Source: a virus
Reading direction: 5' to 3' (one strand)
Virus record (IMG/VR): IMGVR_UViG_3300050821_003720
Location: 952-64,951 of that record
Length of the DNA: 64,000 nucleotides
The translations under genes and the position numbers were made by a program. Shown here piece by piece: positions 8,918 to 19,155 of the stretch; positions within the stretch are counted from its first letter, which is position 1, and the number at the start of each line of letters is the position of its first letter. Below the pieces are notes generated by a model that saw nothing but the letters and a program-made list of their open reading frames with translations, was not told the DNA's origin and made no database searches.

Positions 8918-10101
8918 GTGATAGAAAATTTATTCCAATGTTTGACTTAGATCGCCTGTCAAGTGATGAACTTCGTCAATATTATCTTGATGCATGTGCC
9001 TTCCACGGTGTGCCGCCTGAGCTAAATGTGCTGGCATTCACTTACATGGATTCCGGAGACGGAGCACGTCGTCGAGTCCTGTACGCTAAGAAAGGTGCCA
9101 CGGATATCATTCGTGAACGTTTGGGAATCTCTGTCGCCGATCTTCGCAAGGAAATTTTCAACGGCACATTGACTTATACTTGCTTCGGCAAGAATAAAGA
9201 TGGTCGATTTGAGATAGCTGTCGGTGCGTCTTATATCGATGGCTTAATTGGTAGAGCATTGGAAGTCGCCATTATGGTCGCTCAGACTCGGGCTATCCGA
9301 AGAATGACCTTGCAATTTGCTGGTGCTGGTCTGATCGATGAAACTGAGCTTCAGGCGGATTCAAAGACAACAGACGTTAAGGAAGCTTTGACAGCACCGC
9401 AGCCGACAGTCAGACCCAATACAGAGCCGGGTAAGGATATTACACAAAATCCCCCAATTGAGGGGGTTTTGTTACAAGAAATATCACCTACTCCGGCTCA
9501 ATTAGAGGCTCAACAAGCTCTGTCTAAGGTGCCTGAGGCTGTTCTAGCCGAGAAAGCCGAGGAAACGGTCCCTGAGGCTCCTAAACGTCGGCAACGGGCT
9601 AAGCCGGTAGAACTGGATACTCCGTTCTCGTTTGATAACCCTGTTCCAGTGCCAAAGTCAGTGAACGCCGACATTCCGGAAAGTAAGCTAACGCCGACAT
9701 CTTCTCTTATTCCTAAAGAAGTTTTAGATGCAGTTCCGGCACCTATAATAGCTAAAGCAGCGTTTGAATTTTTAGACGGCGTTCAAAAGGCGACTGAAGC
9801 GGTGACAGCCTCTGTACCAAAATCTATTCCTGAATTACCAAATGATCAGCAGATGAAAACATTTCGTGATCGGTTGTTCACATATACGAATACAATCTTG
9901 CCTCAGGCCGGGATGGTTCCGACAGAGAATATTGGCGGTATCGGCATGAAGGTTCGCTTGTTTGCTCAAGCAAAATACGGTCAAGTTTTGAATCAATTGA
10001 CGGTTAGTCAGTGGGAAGAGATGTTTCAATGGTTTGATAGTTTGAAGCCAGCTGAGTTGGTTAAATTGATTGATGAGACGGCTTTGAAAACAAAAGCATG
10101 A
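8908..10101 (+). CDS. hypothetical protein with a Pro/Ala-rich central linker; position suggests a recombination/replication accessory role
   Basis: 397 aa ORF coupled to the downstream helicase (ATGA overlap). No confident domain match; a ssDNA-annealing role is a guess only. Confidence 0.4.
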   Translation: MEMSDRKFIPMFDLDRLSSDELRQYYLDACAFHGVPPELNVLAFTYMDSGDGARRRVLYAKKGATDIIRERLGISVADLRKEIFNGTLTYTCFGKNKDGRFEIAVGASYIDGLIGRALEVAIMVAQTRAIRRMTLQFAGAGLIDETELQADSKTTDVKEALTAPQPTVRPNTEPGKDITQNPPIEGVLLQEISPTPAQLEAQQALSKVPEAVLAEKAEETVPEAPKRRQRAKPVELDTPFSFDNPVPVPKSVNADIPESKLTPTSSLIPKEVLDAVPAPIIAKAAFEFLDGVQKATEAVTASVPKSIPELPNDQQMKTFRDRLFTYTNTILPQAGMVPTENIGGIGMKVRLFAQAKYGQVLNQLTVSQWEEMFQWFDSLKPAELVKLIDETALKTKA

Positions 10102-11678
10102 TACTTAATGATGAACAGCAGGCAGTAGTTAAGGCTATCGATGGAACATGGGTTACTGTAGCGGGTCCAGGTTCGGGAAAGACGACTGTCTTAATTCAAC
10201 GATATTTGAATATGTTGATGGGCGGTATTAAGTCTAAGGATATCCTTAATCTAACATTTACTGCTGCCGCAGCAGAAGAGATGGTTAATAGAGTCGGTTT
10301 GTTGAATGCTAGCAAAGTATTCAGAACGTTCCACAGTTATGCTTTAGAATTGATCAAGAACGAGCGACGGCATTTACCTTTTAAACTGTGTGATACGGTC
10401 ATCCCGGTTGCTTTGGAAGATTACAAGTTGATATTTAAGCTTGTAGAATCTTATAAAGCGATCAATAATTACCAATTGCTGAAAGAAGCAATCAGTGGTT
10501 GGAAACGTTCCAACATGGAACCAGATCAAGTTATAGCGGAGAGCAATAATGAGCGAGAATACTTCTACGCAATGGCATATAGAGATTACGAACGCAGATG
10601 TAGAGAAGAAGGCTGGCTCGATTTCGATTCGCTTATGCGGGAAACGAATCAATTACTTGAATCAAATTCCGAGATTCGTGCTCGCTATCAGCGGCCCTAC
10701 ATCAGCGTGGATGAAGCCCAAGACACCGATATTATTCAATTCCGACTGCTCCAGCTTATTTTCGCAGGAAACATCTTCGTTGTCGGAGATGAGAATCAGC
10801 TTATATACGAATGGCGAAGTGCTCAGCCAGGAAGCCTCTCAAACTTTGAAAGATTGTTTCCGGGCGCTAGAAAGTTGTATCTTGGAGAAAATTTCCGTTC
10901 TACCGGAGAGCTTGTCAACTTTTTCCGGGCGATTCTCCCCGTCGATAACGGGATCGCTTCTCACATGGTCACTAGAAATGTTATCGGAGAAAAACCAACT
11001 TTTACGAGATTCTTTGACGACTTCTCGGAAGCGAGTTGGATCGTTGACCACATACTCGTACCACCACAAACAGTAATCTTAGCTCGTACAAATCGTCAGC
11101 TATTTATTTATCAGCGATTAATGTCGAGTCGTGGTGTCAAGTATGTCTTTCTAGGTAAGAAGGACTTCTGGGATCAAAAAGAGATTAAGCAGATGTTGTC
11201 TTTGGCTAAGGGATACATTGAGGACCCTACTCCGGCTAATAAGGTATTAGCGACAATCATGAGGGAGCATAATCTTCCGGCACTGTTTCAGCGTTTCAAT
11301 CCGGATGAAGCCGATCCTATCAATAATATGAATGGTTTAGTGAAGATAGCGGCTGAGAAAGGCGGGAATACTAAAGAGTTCCTTGATTTCGTACGTAAGT
11401 TAATGTACGGTCGAAAATCAACTAAGAAGGTCAAGACGGTCACGTTGAGTACTGTTCACCAAGCGAAGGGGCGGGAGTGGGATCACGTCTATGTAATAGG
11501 AGTGAATGAGGGTAGAATGCCTCACTCAAATGGCGATCTTAATGAGGAACGACGAATATTTTTCGTGGCGTGTAGTCGAGCCGCCAAGACTTTGCACATT
11601 AGTTATAATGGAAATCGTTCAATGTTCTTGAATAATTTCATAGATCAGATTAAAGTTCATACAACGGGTGAAGCATGA
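10098..11678 (+). CDS. UvrD/Rep/PcrA-like SF1 DNA helicase
   Basis: Motif I VTVAGPGSGKTTVLIQRY. Motif III VVGDENQLIYEWRSAQP. Motif VI TVHQAKGREWDHVYVIG. Confidence 0.85.
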   Translation: MILNDEQQAVVKAIDGTWVTVAGPGSGKTTVLIQRYLNMLMGGIKSKDILNLTFTAAAAEEMVNRVGLLNASKVFRTFHSYALELIKNERRHLPFKLCDTVIPVALEDYKLIFKLVESYKAINNYQLLKEAISGWKRSNMEPDQVIAESNNEREYFYAMAYRDYERRCREEGWLDFDSLMRETNQLLESNSEIRARYQRPYISVDEAQDTDIIQFRLLQLIFAGNIFVVGDENQLIYEWRSAQPGSLSNFERLFPGARKLYLGENFRSTGELVNFFRAILPVDNGIASHMVTRNVIGEKPTFTRFFDDFSEASWIVDHILVPPQTVILARTNRQLFIYQRLMSSRGVKYVFLGKKDFWDQKEIKQMLSLAKGYIEDPTPANKVLATIMREHNLPALFQRFNPDEADPINNMNGLVKIAAEKGGNTKEFLDFVRKLMYGRKSTKKVKTVTLSTVHQAKGREWDHVYVIGVNEGRMPHSNGDLNEERRIFFVACSRAAKTLHISYNGNRSMFLNNFIDQIKVHTTGEA

Positions 11679-12022
11679 ACGAAAGAGAATGGACAGCAGT
11701 CGTATTAGCTTTCACGGATTTATTTGATAAACTGAAACAGATAGCGCCGGAACAAATAAACATTGATAAGGCATATATGGCTGGAAAAATTCTTCAGGAT
11801 GAACTTAAACAAATTAGGGCTAAAGAAGTTCCAGAGTCTATTATTAGGAATTGGACAAGCTATAGATTTAAGAACGGAGTACGGATTAGTAATAATTGGC
11901 AGAAACAAAATGAAGAATTAGAGAAAAAGAAAGAGGCACAACGTGCTGAAGAGTTAGGTGATTTGACACAAGTATTAAAGTTGTCGATTGAAAAAGCCGA
12001 TAAGGATCGGCAGGGGGAGTAG
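11675..12022 (+). CDS. hypothetical coiled-coil protein
   Basis: 115 aa ORF, translationally coupled on both sides. Confidence 0.4.
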   Translation: MNEREWTAVVLAFTDLFDKLKQIAPEQINIDKAYMAGKILQDELKQIRAKEVPESIIRNWTSYRFKNGVRISNNWQKQNEELEKKKEAQRAEELGDLTQVLKLSIEKADKDRQGE

Positions 12023-13149
12023 TGGCATATCTCTATATTAATACGAAAGGAAAACCTCATAAACGGCACAGTTATAGTGCAGGGAATGAATATGATCAGT
12101 GTCCACTTAAGTACTATCTACGCCGCATTAATGGCTGGCGTGAAAACGAAAACAAAGCACGTTTTCTTTTCGGACGTGCGCTTGAAGAATCTATTCAATG
12201 GCATCATGACCATGAAGGAATAGGTGCTCTTGAGGATTTTCAGCATCGATGGGCGCAACATAAAGATCGGAAAGATTTGTTGTATACCGCCACGGAAAAG
12301 GATTGGCAGACATTGAATCTTGATGGTCAAGAAATGATCATGTTGTATAAGATTATGCAGCCTAAGTTGCCTATTCCTCTTGGTGGTTGTTCTGTCTTTC
12401 AACGAGAGATAGCTAAGGAAGTGTTCCCTGGTGATCCTAATTACGGGGAAATCGAAGATGCTGGCAAACTGGATATTATAGCTTATGTTCAACCTAATCA
12501 TCCGATGCTTGAGCCTGTTACGTGGAATCCGCAGGATGGAGTATATCGTCCTCTGATCGTCGACATCAAGACTAGTGGTGTTGATTTTCCAGAGCAATCC
12601 GGCATAGCCTCATTTGATACGCAGCTTAGACGGTATTCTTGGTTATCAGGGATTCGAGATGTGGCTTTGTTAGTCTTTAAGAAAACAGGTCGGTCATTAC
12701 GTAAAGGAAGCCGAGTGACTCTTCTAGGCGATGCTCATTCAGGTGCAAAGTCATTCAAGATAGATTACGAAGCCGGTCAGGAAGTTTTTATCGCTGAAGC
12801 AGGAGACGATACAAGCTTGATTGTACCTAGTGAAAATTTAGGAAAAGAATACGGTATTCCAGTACCGAATTCTGTCTTGACTCGACAGCGATTACAGTTT
12901 CTGACAGGTCGAGTTACTAAAGAATCGGCTGATGAAGCTGGAGAAATAGCAGCACGACAGATAGTTCAAATTGTAAATTCGTGGAAGAATAAATCGTGGC
13001 CGAATACTTTTGGTATAAGATATCCGCATGATGATCGAAATGATCCTTATTTTCGAGCATTTGTTCTTGAGGATGAAATGTTTAAAGAGCAAAATTTTAC
13101 AAAGACAGATGAAGAAAATTTTGACGACCTATTAGAGGATAACGAATGA
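12022..13149 (+). CDS. PD-(D/E)xK nuclease, Cas4/RecB-like exonuclease
   Basis: N-terminal YSAGNEYDQCPLKYYL. D...IVDIKTS core. QLRRYSWL (QhxxY) motif. Confidence 0.7.
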   Translation: MAYLYINTKGKPHKRHSYSAGNEYDQCPLKYYLRRINGWRENENKARFLFGRALEESIQWHHDHEGIGALEDFQHRWAQHKDRKDLLYTATEKDWQTLNLDGQEMIMLYKIMQPKLPIPLGGCSVFQREIAKEVFPGDPNYGEIEDAGKLDIIAYVQPNHPMLEPVTWNPQDGVYRPLIVDIKTSGVDFPEQSGIASFDTQLRRYSWLSGIRDVALLVFKKTGRSLRKGSRVTLLGDAHSGAKSFKIDYEAGQEVFIAEAGDDTSLIVPSENLGKEYGIPVPNSVLTRQRLQFLTGRVTKESADEAGEIAARQIVQIVNSWKNKSWPNTFGIRYPHDDRNDPYFRAFVLEDEMFKEQNFTKTDEENFDDLLEDNE

Positions 13150-13436
13150 AAATTCAATGTAGAATTAAAGATTGTCCATCATTTATTGAAGTAGAGAACG
13201 CCACGGAGAATACTACTTATCTATGTAGTAAACATCCGGAGCACGATCAAAATAAGGCTATAGGACGTAAACGAAAAACACAGGAAGAAATTTTATTTCA
13301 AGATCGCCAATTTGATCCTGATCTTCGACGATCAGTTAAACCTTTGGGTACAAATCATATTCGTCGTCAGGGAAATCAGACTAACGAGTTTGTTGGACGA
13401 CAATTGCATGAATTATTTTTAACTAATTTGATCTAA
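13146..13436 (+). CDS. hypothetical zinc-finger protein
   Basis: CRIKDCP ... CSKHPEH. Confidence 0.4.
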   Translation: MKIQCRIKDCPSFIEVENATENTTYLCSKHPEHDQNKAIGRKRKTQEEILFQDRQFDPDLRRSVKPLGTNHIRRQGNQTNEFVGRQLHELFLTNLI

Positions 13437-13437
13437 T

Positions 13438-13941
13438 ATGCCCAATCTAAGAGACACATTTAGTGAATTACGAACGGTCATGGATGGTTCTGATCCATTC
13501 ATGACTGACGGGCATCAAATTATATCGCCTCGCTCAGATTCAAGAAAGAAGGTTCCAGCATGGGCTAAGGACGATAACGCTGTTAAAAAGTTGTTATTAT
13601 GTTCTTTCCCTAAGTTGAAGACCAATGTAAATCATCGGGCGAGGGCTGCTCGTTGGATGCGAATAATTCATATGTATTATCGGGTTGGATTGACTGTCGG
13701 TCACATAGCCGAGGAATTACATGCTAAACCTAATGTAATTAAGAGAGTTTTGATCAGTATACGGCGAGCGGCAAATGGAAAGAGTGCCGCCAAGGGACTA
13801 ATGCGAGGAAAAAGGGGGCGACCAGCTAAAATTAATCGTGTACCTACTGCGACCACTATGGGAAGGATGCTAAAGCTTCCTCTAGGAGAAGTGTGCAAGA
13901 ATGGGTGTCATTGTAAAGTCTGTATTAGTTCATTCGTGTGA
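13438..13941 (+). CDS. putative HTH/sigma-region-4-like transcription regulator
   Basis: YYRVGLTVGHIAEELHAKPNVIKRVLISIRR looks like a helix-turn-helix. Confidence 0.35.
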   Translation: MPNLRDTFSELRTVMDGSDPFMTDGHQIISPRSDSRKKVPAWAKDDNAVKKLLLCSFPKLKTNVNHRARAARWMRIIHMYYRVGLTVGHIAEELHAKPNVIKRVLISIRRAANGKSAAKGLMRGKRGRPAKINRVPTATTMGRMLKLPLGEVCKNGCHCKVCISSFV

Positions 13942-14647
13942 AAAGGAAGCTATAAGTTATCCCGAGGCGAGTCTTCAGGTCGGTAAAAAGTATGTTCTTG
14001 ATGGTATCGATCCGAAAGAAATGAGCATCATCCCGTTAGATGGAACCAAATTCTACTTTGCTTTAGACGAAAATAGAACAGTTAACGGGGTTAAAATTAG
14101 AGGAAAATGTAACTGTCGTAAGTTTGAGACGTACTCTTATTCGGAGAGTTTGTTTGCAATCGGTGGAGCTAAAGCAGTTTGGACTCTAAACTTAAAGAAA
14201 CACCGAATGGAGTTGTTTACTGAACGAAGATATGAGACAGAAACCGTAAATGGGGAAAAGCATAGAACCGGTTCGATGCAACTTATTTTCCATGTGTGGC
14301 GACGACAGCAGCCGAGAGTACCCAGAGTTGATTTAATTACACAAGAGGATATAGAACGAGCTTATATAGACGGTCGACATTTTTACATAGATCATATTGA
14401 AAATGTTCACGATATGTATATGCAAAATAGACTAGATTTGTTTGCTCCCGAAGTCGCCGTGGATTTAAAACGTCTTTATCATGCAGATCAAAACAAAACT
14501 AGAGTTGTCACCGGTAAAGAAAGAAAACAATTAGAAAATAAGGCTGACGAAATTAAACGAAAAGGGTTCAAGACCGATCCAACAAATGGACGACTTATCT
14601 TCCCGTTCCCAAGTGACGAACGGACCAAAGGTGGACATAGTGAATAA
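13901..14647 (+). CDS. protein with C-terminal HNH-type nuclease motif
   Basis: HFYIDHIENVHDMYMQNRLDLFAPEVAV resembles HNH H-N-(N) spacing. Preceded by a CNCRKFE zinc motif. Confidence 0.45.
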   Translation: MGVIVKSVLVHSCEKEAISYPEASLQVGKKYVLDGIDPKEMSIIPLDGTKFYFALDENRTVNGVKIRGKCNCRKFETYSYSESLFAIGGAKAVWTLNLKKHRMELFTERRYETETVNGEKHRTGSMQLIFHVWRRQQPRVPRVDLITQEDIERAYIDGRHFYIDHIENVHDMYMQNRLDLFAPEVAVDLKRLYHADQNKTRVVTGKERKQLENKADEIKRKGFKTDPTNGRLIFPFPSDERTKGGHSE

Positions 14648-15065
14648 CGATGAATTCGAAATAAAATCAGAAATAGCAAAAGCTATTGCTGATATCAGAG
14701 AAAAGCAAAAAGATAAATCATTTTCAGAGAGACATCCCGAACTTGGAAAAATGATCAATTGTCCTATGTGTGATCGTCGGCATAGAACATCTGAAATCTG
14801 TCTACAGAGATTTGCTAAGACTGAGGAAGATGTTGAGTTAGTAGCCCGAGGGCACGGTCACGGAAAAGGTAGAATCAACCGGCACTGGAATAAACGAAGT
14901 CTTGAACTGGTTGATTTGACACGTAGATTGATTATCTTCTATCCTAATGAGGACATTAAGAAAGCTCGTTCCGCTGCCATGAATATACTTCGAAGAAAAT
15001 GGCACGCACGCAGTCATAAAATTCAGGTGCAGCAAAAGTTGTCCCGTAAGATTAGTAGAGGGTAG
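14586..15065 (+). CDS. hypothetical zinc-binding protein
   Basis: CPMCDRRHRTSEIC ... GHGHGKGR. The true start may lie downstream of 14586 (possible GTG at 14637). Confidence 0.4.
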   Translation: MDDLSSRSQVTNGPKVDIVNNDEFEIKSEIAKAIADIREKQKDKSFSERHPELGKMINCPMCDRRHRTSEICLQRFAKTEEDVELVARGHGHGKGRINRHWNKRSLELVDLTRRLIIFYPNEDIKKARSAAMNILRRKWHARSHKIQVQQKLSRKISRG

Positions 15066-15066
15066 A

Positions 15067-15294
15067 ATGTCCGTGACAGAGCATGAGTTTGAAGTTAGAG
15101 AAATGCACGCTAAACAAGAGGCTGAAGGTCTTGGCGTGATAGGTAAGACAGGCAAGCCTGACCACTGGTTTAATCAACAACTCAAGGAGTGCTTCGCTCG
15201 TGATAAGAAGTCCGGAGCTATTAATTGGCAGCAGACTTTAGAGCTTCGAAAGAAGTTAGTTGCTGGATATGAAAAGAGGAAAGAGCGTGGCTAG
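15067..15294 (+). CDS. hypothetical protein
   Basis: 75 aa ORF in the operon tiling. Confidence 0.35.
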   Translation: MSVTEHEFEVREMHAKQEAEGLGVIGKTGKPDHWFNQQLKECFARDKKSGAINWQQTLELRKKLVAGYEKRKERG

Positions 15295-16063
15295 CCCATT
15301 TACAAATATTGCTATTGGTATAAAAACATTCCTCAGAGATGAGCACTTGTACAACGCTGTGAAGGGAATACTTCATACTCTTCCCGGCGCTCAGATTATC
15401 ATTGCGGATGACGGAAGGATGACTCCTGCTAAGTCTTTATTTTATGCACGGCTTCGGGAATCGGGTCACGTAACGGGATATCTTCCGTATGACTCTGGAT
15501 TTGGTTTTAAGAGTAACTGGATAGTTCAATCTAATACTCGTCCCTATCTTTTAATAGGGTCAGATGATTTTGATTTCACTCAAGATGTCGCTGAAGGAAT
15601 TCTTAAACTGCAAAGCGTATTGGATAACAATCCAGAAATTAGTATAGCAAGTGGTCGAGTTAGAAATCGTTCGTATGAATTTCTTTTAGAGGAAAAGGGT
15701 GGAGTTGTCAAAGAGCATCCTATTGATGTGGATATTAATGGGCGGGGGCAATCGTTTATTGAATGTGATCTGACAGTAAATTACTCCTTAATTAGGAGAG
15801 AAGTTTTCAAGTTTGTCCGATGGGACGATGACGTGAAGATCGGAGGGGGTGAACATGGAAGTTGGTTCTTAGATGTCAAGAGAGCCGGATTTAAAGTGGC
15901 ATATGTACCGGGAGTCAATATAAATGAGCAGAATCGGGCTAGTTCTCAGGAATATAGGAAATATCGTGCTAGAGCTAATTCTCCGGAGCGTCCTTGCTTT
16001 GGGCGAAGAGGTATCAAGTGTTATGTACTTGGAGACGGGAGAGTAGATTATGGCGAGCTGTAA
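15260..16063 (+). CDS. GT-A fold glycosyltransferase (first gene of the glycan island)
   Basis: IAIGIKTF ... AQIIIADDG and GSDDFDF (DxD-like) motifs. Confidence 0.5.
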   Translation: MLDMKRGKSVASPFTNIAIGIKTFLRDEHLYNAVKGILHTLPGAQIIIADDGRMTPAKSLFYARLRESGHVTGYLPYDSGFGFKSNWIVQSNTRPYLLIGSDDFDFTQDVAEGILKLQSVLDNNPEISIASGRVRNRSYEFLLEEKGGVVKEHPIDVDINGRGQSFIECDLTVNYSLIRREVFKFVRWDDDVKIGGGEHGSWFLDVKRAGFKVAYVPGVNINEQNRASSQEYRKYRARANSPERPCFGRRGIKCYVLGDGRVDYGEL

Positions 16064-16277
16064 ATCATATAGAAACCGCTTGAAAGAAATCGCTATGTTA
16101 AGAGAACTTCTTGGTCTTGCTCAACAGGAATTAGATAGTTTAAGTCTTAGAGTTAGATTGTATCGAGAATATATTCTAAAAACTTATCACGACGCCGATT
16201 TTATCGATCTTGTAGATATTCCTAGTTGCTTGAAACCCTTGGATTCAATTAAATATGTCACGAAGAATATTAAATAA
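16050..16277 (+). CDS. hypothetical protein
   Basis: 75 aa ORF. Confidence 0.3.
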   Translation: MASCKSYRNRLKEIAMLRELLGLAQQELDSLSLRVRLYREYILKTYHDADFIDLVDIPSCLKPLDSIKYVTKNIK

Positions 16278-16710
16278 ACTTAATGCTGCTTATCTATCTG
16301 GTTTAATCGATGGAGAAGGATGTATTTTTATAAATAAGAGTAAAGGACATCGAGAGAACTGTGGTAAAAGAGGCTTTACATATCATTCTGGCATCGCTGT
16401 AGCAATGACAAGTTATGAAATGCTTCTGTGGGCTAAAAGAATTACTGGAGTAGGACAAATTAGAACTTATAAAGCTAAAAAGCGCTATAAGCAAGCGTGG
16501 CGCTGGTCGGTTTGGAGTAATGAAGCATCAACTCTCTTGAAAAATTTATTACCATTTTTGAAATTAAAACGTCCGCAAGCTAGAAATCAGATTAAATTTC
16601 AAGAGTTAACAAGATTAACTGGTCGTTTTGGTTATACGAAGAGAGAATGGAAACAACAAACTCGTCTTTATAAAATGAATAAGAAATTAAATAAAAGAGG
16701 ACGACCATGA
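16255..16710 (+). CDS. LAGLIDADG homing endonuclease (single-motif type)
   Basis: LSGLIDGEGCIFI near the N-terminus. Confidence 0.75.
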   Translation: MSRRILNKLNAAYLSGLIDGEGCIFINKSKGHRENCGKRGFTYHSGIAVAMTSYEMLLWAKRITGVGQIRTYKAKKRYKQAWRWSVWSNEASTLLKNLLPFLKLKRPQARNQIKFQELTRLTGRFGYTKREWKQQTRLYKMNKKLNKRGRP

Positions 16711-17702
16711 ATTTAATTATTACTCATCGTTCATGTCCGGACGGCTTCTGTGCATCGTTCATTGCACACAAGAAATATCCTCAAGCTGAAATTCTACCGT
16801 TGAATCATGGCGATCCTTTACCGTTAGATCAGGTTCGAGGAAAAGATATCCTTGTTCTAGATTTTTCGTGGAAGCGTCGAGAAGATAATGAAGCAGTCGC
16901 TCAAGCAGCTAAATCAATATGGATTTTAGATCATCACAAATCGTCACTTGAAGCTTGCCAAGGACTATCGTATGCCACATTTGATATGAACAGAAGTGGC
17001 GCAGGGTTAGCGTGGGACTATCTTTTTGGAAAAGATAGTAACTACGTAGACCCCTATGTAAGACAACGTAATTCTGAAATGGAAAGTACTTATTTGCGTC
17101 ACAGAGGAAATTTTTCACCTAGACCTTGGTATGTTGATTATATCGAAGATTATGATCTTTGGAATCATTATTTAATTTCTACGAAAGAAGTCAATGCATT
17201 TCTTCATTCACTAAACTTCGATTTCGCTGAGTGGGAAGAACTGGATAAAATTACTTATCTGGATGCGGCAGAACGAGGAAAATATGTAGTTCGTAATAAT
17301 GAGCGCTATGTTAAACTGGCTTTAAAACAAGCTTTCACAGGCCAATTAATTATTCCTCAGTCTATTACCGATCCAGAAGGAAAATATTTTTCGTGTGATT
17401 ATTCAATTAAAATTGTTAATTCTTTATATACCTATGCTTCAGAGATCGGAGCCGCTTTAGTTGAGTCTGGTGCTGATATCGGCATGACGTGGTTTGAACG
17501 TGGCGACGGAATGATTCAGTTTAGTCTTCGATCTTTGAAAGGTGGTCCTGTAGATGTTTCTAAAATTGCTTCCATAATAGCACCTGGAGTCGGTGGTGGG
17601 CATCAGTCGGCATCCGGAGCGCCATTACCAATTTATCAGGGGCGAGCATTGATCGACTCGATCTTGAATCGGAAGTGCGGATTGGGAGTAAAGTTTCAGT
17701 GA
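16707..17702 (+). CDS. DHH-family phosphoesterase (NrnA/RecJ-like; possibly oligoribonuclease/pAp phosphatase)
   Basis: HRSCPDGFCASF (H-x-x-PDGD-like motif) and ILDHHKS (DHH motif). Confidence 0.75.
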   Translation: MNLIITHRSCPDGFCASFIAHKKYPQAEILPLNHGDPLPLDQVRGKDILVLDFSWKRREDNEAVAQAAKSIWILDHHKSSLEACQGLSYATFDMNRSGAGLAWDYLFGKDSNYVDPYVRQRNSEMESTYLRHRGNFSPRPWYVDYIEDYDLWNHYLISTKEVNAFLHSLNFDFAEWEELDKITYLDAAERGKYVVRNNERYVKLALKQAFTGQLIIPQSITDPEGKYFSCDYSIKIVNSLYTYASEIGAALVESGADIGMTWFERGDGMIQFSLRSLKGGPVDVSKIASIIAPGVGGGHQSASGAPLPIYQGRALIDSILNRKCGLGVKFQ

Positions 17703-18403
17703 GAACGTTGATAGCAGTTAAATCTTGCCAGGATGATAAACGTTTAGGATGCCATGATACTATTCGACGAACGTGGGGATTTAATACTTTACCAGCAGAT
17801 TTATATTTCTTTCAAGGACGATTTAGCGGATTTGAATGTGGTGTGATAGATAAAGATCGTGATGAAATAACATTGCCGGTTTTAGACGATTATGATCATC
17901 TGCCTTTTAAAACTCGTGAAATTCTTGAGTATTCTTTAAATGCTGGATATGATTTCACATTTCTGTGTGATGTAGACACATTTTTGATTACGTCTAAATT
18001 GTTTAAAACAGGCTACGAAAAGTTTGATTATTCAGGACGGTTCGGTTCTTCACCTAAGATAGGTAGTCAGTTTAAATTTAAAGATGGACGAGGAATTAGA
18101 CATCTTTATTGTCATCCGTGGGCGTCAGGTGGATTTGGTTATTTCTTGTCTCGTAAGGCGGCTCAGATAGTAATCAATACAGAGCCTATCTTTTGGGCAG
18201 AAGATATGTACGTAGGGCAGTGTCTAGGACCGGAAATACAATCAGGTAACGTGACAGCAGTTGATTTGAGAAGATTTGAAAATGAAGCTTCGTGGCATTA
18301 TCCAGCACATCGTTTTGGTTGGAGTAGAGAACGAATGCAGAAATGGATGCGAGAGATGCATGGACTATACAATGATCCGAACCATAAATGGGTTGAGATA
18401 TGA
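17699..18403 (+). CDS. GT31/Fringe-like GT-A glycosyltransferase, paralog 1
   Basis: YDFTFLCDVDTF (DxD). It is a paralog of 23899..24606 and 26204..26866. The GTG start at 17699 was chosen by alignment with the paralog N-termini (MKTLIAV / MKILIAI). Confidence 0.6.
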   Translation: MRTLIAVKSCQDDKRLGCHDTIRRTWGFNTLPADLYFFQGRFSGFECGVIDKDRDEITLPVLDDYDHLPFKTREILEYSLNAGYDFTFLCDVDTFLITSKLFKTGYEKFDYSGRFGSSPKIGSQFKFKDGRGIRHLYCHPWASGGFGYFLSRKAAQIVINTEPIFWAEDMYVGQCLGPEIQSGNVTAVDLRRFENEASWHYPAHRFGWSRERMQKWMREMHGLYNDPNHKWVEI

Positions 18404-19155
18404 TCGCTAGACTTACTGGCGGAATGGGCAACCAGTTGTTCATGTACGCATTCGGAAGATCAGTTGCAGCTATAGCTAACGAGCCTTTGAAGTTTCACTG
18501 GTGTCGTTCAACATGGGATTATGCTCTTGAACCATTTCATCTTCCGATAGTACTAGGCTCTCCTGACGGAACGGAGTCTATATATGAAGAGTCAGGATTC
18601 TTTTACGATTCAAAAATAGCTAATGGAATAATGGTGTCTTCCAGACCTTATCCATGTGAAAGAATTTATTTTCGTGGGTATTGGCAGAGTGAAAAATATT
18701 TCAATGTTGATTTACTTAGAAGAGATTTTGATTGGTGGGTTAACTCCCCTTTGAGAGTACAGTTTAGAAACAAGGCTTTCCTACATGTTCGTCGAGGTGA
18801 CTATTTAAATAGAGGTACCAAAGAATTCCACGGATTGCTTCCATTGGAATATTACCAAGCGGCAGTTGCGTATATTAAAGAGCGTGTTCCCGATATCACT
18901 TTTGAAGTCTTTACAGATGATCCTGATATGCGAGAATTCATGGGTTATCCTGTAGTTTCAACGGGAAATCAGCATTTAGATTTGCATACAATGACGAAGT
19001 ATTCTCATGCAATCTTGGCTAACTCTACGTTTGGGTGGTGGGCGGCATGGTTAGGAGAGCACTCTAGTCAGATTGTCATAGCTCCGAAACAGTGGTTTGC
19101 CGATCCTAAAATTAACACGAGCGATATTGTGCCTGAGCGGTGGGTGAGATTATGA
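18400..19155 (+). CDS. GT11 alpha-1,2-fucosyltransferase (FutC-like)
   Basis: [19 protein letters not shown] and [14 protein letters not shown] ... IVIAPKQW match GT11 signature motifs. Confidence 0.9.
   Translation: MIARLTGGMGNQLFMYAFGRSVAAIANEPLKFHWCRSTWDYALEPFHLPIVLGSPDGTESIYEESGFFYDSKIANGIMVSSRPYPCERIYFRGYWQSEKYFNVDLLRRDFDWWVNSPLRVQFRNKAFLHVRRGDYLNRGTKEFHGLLPLEYYQAAVAYIKERVPDITFEVFTDDPDMREFMGYPVVSTGNQHLDLHTMTKYSHAILANSTFGWWAAWLGEHSSQIVIAPKQWFADPKINTSDIVPERWVRL

Noticed and set aside
8908-10101. Calling ORF 8908..10101 an ERF/Sak-type single-strand annealing protein
   Set aside because: Only position (next to helicase and nuclease) and a vague N-terminal resemblance support it. No diagnostic motif could be identified by eye, so it is left as hypothetical.
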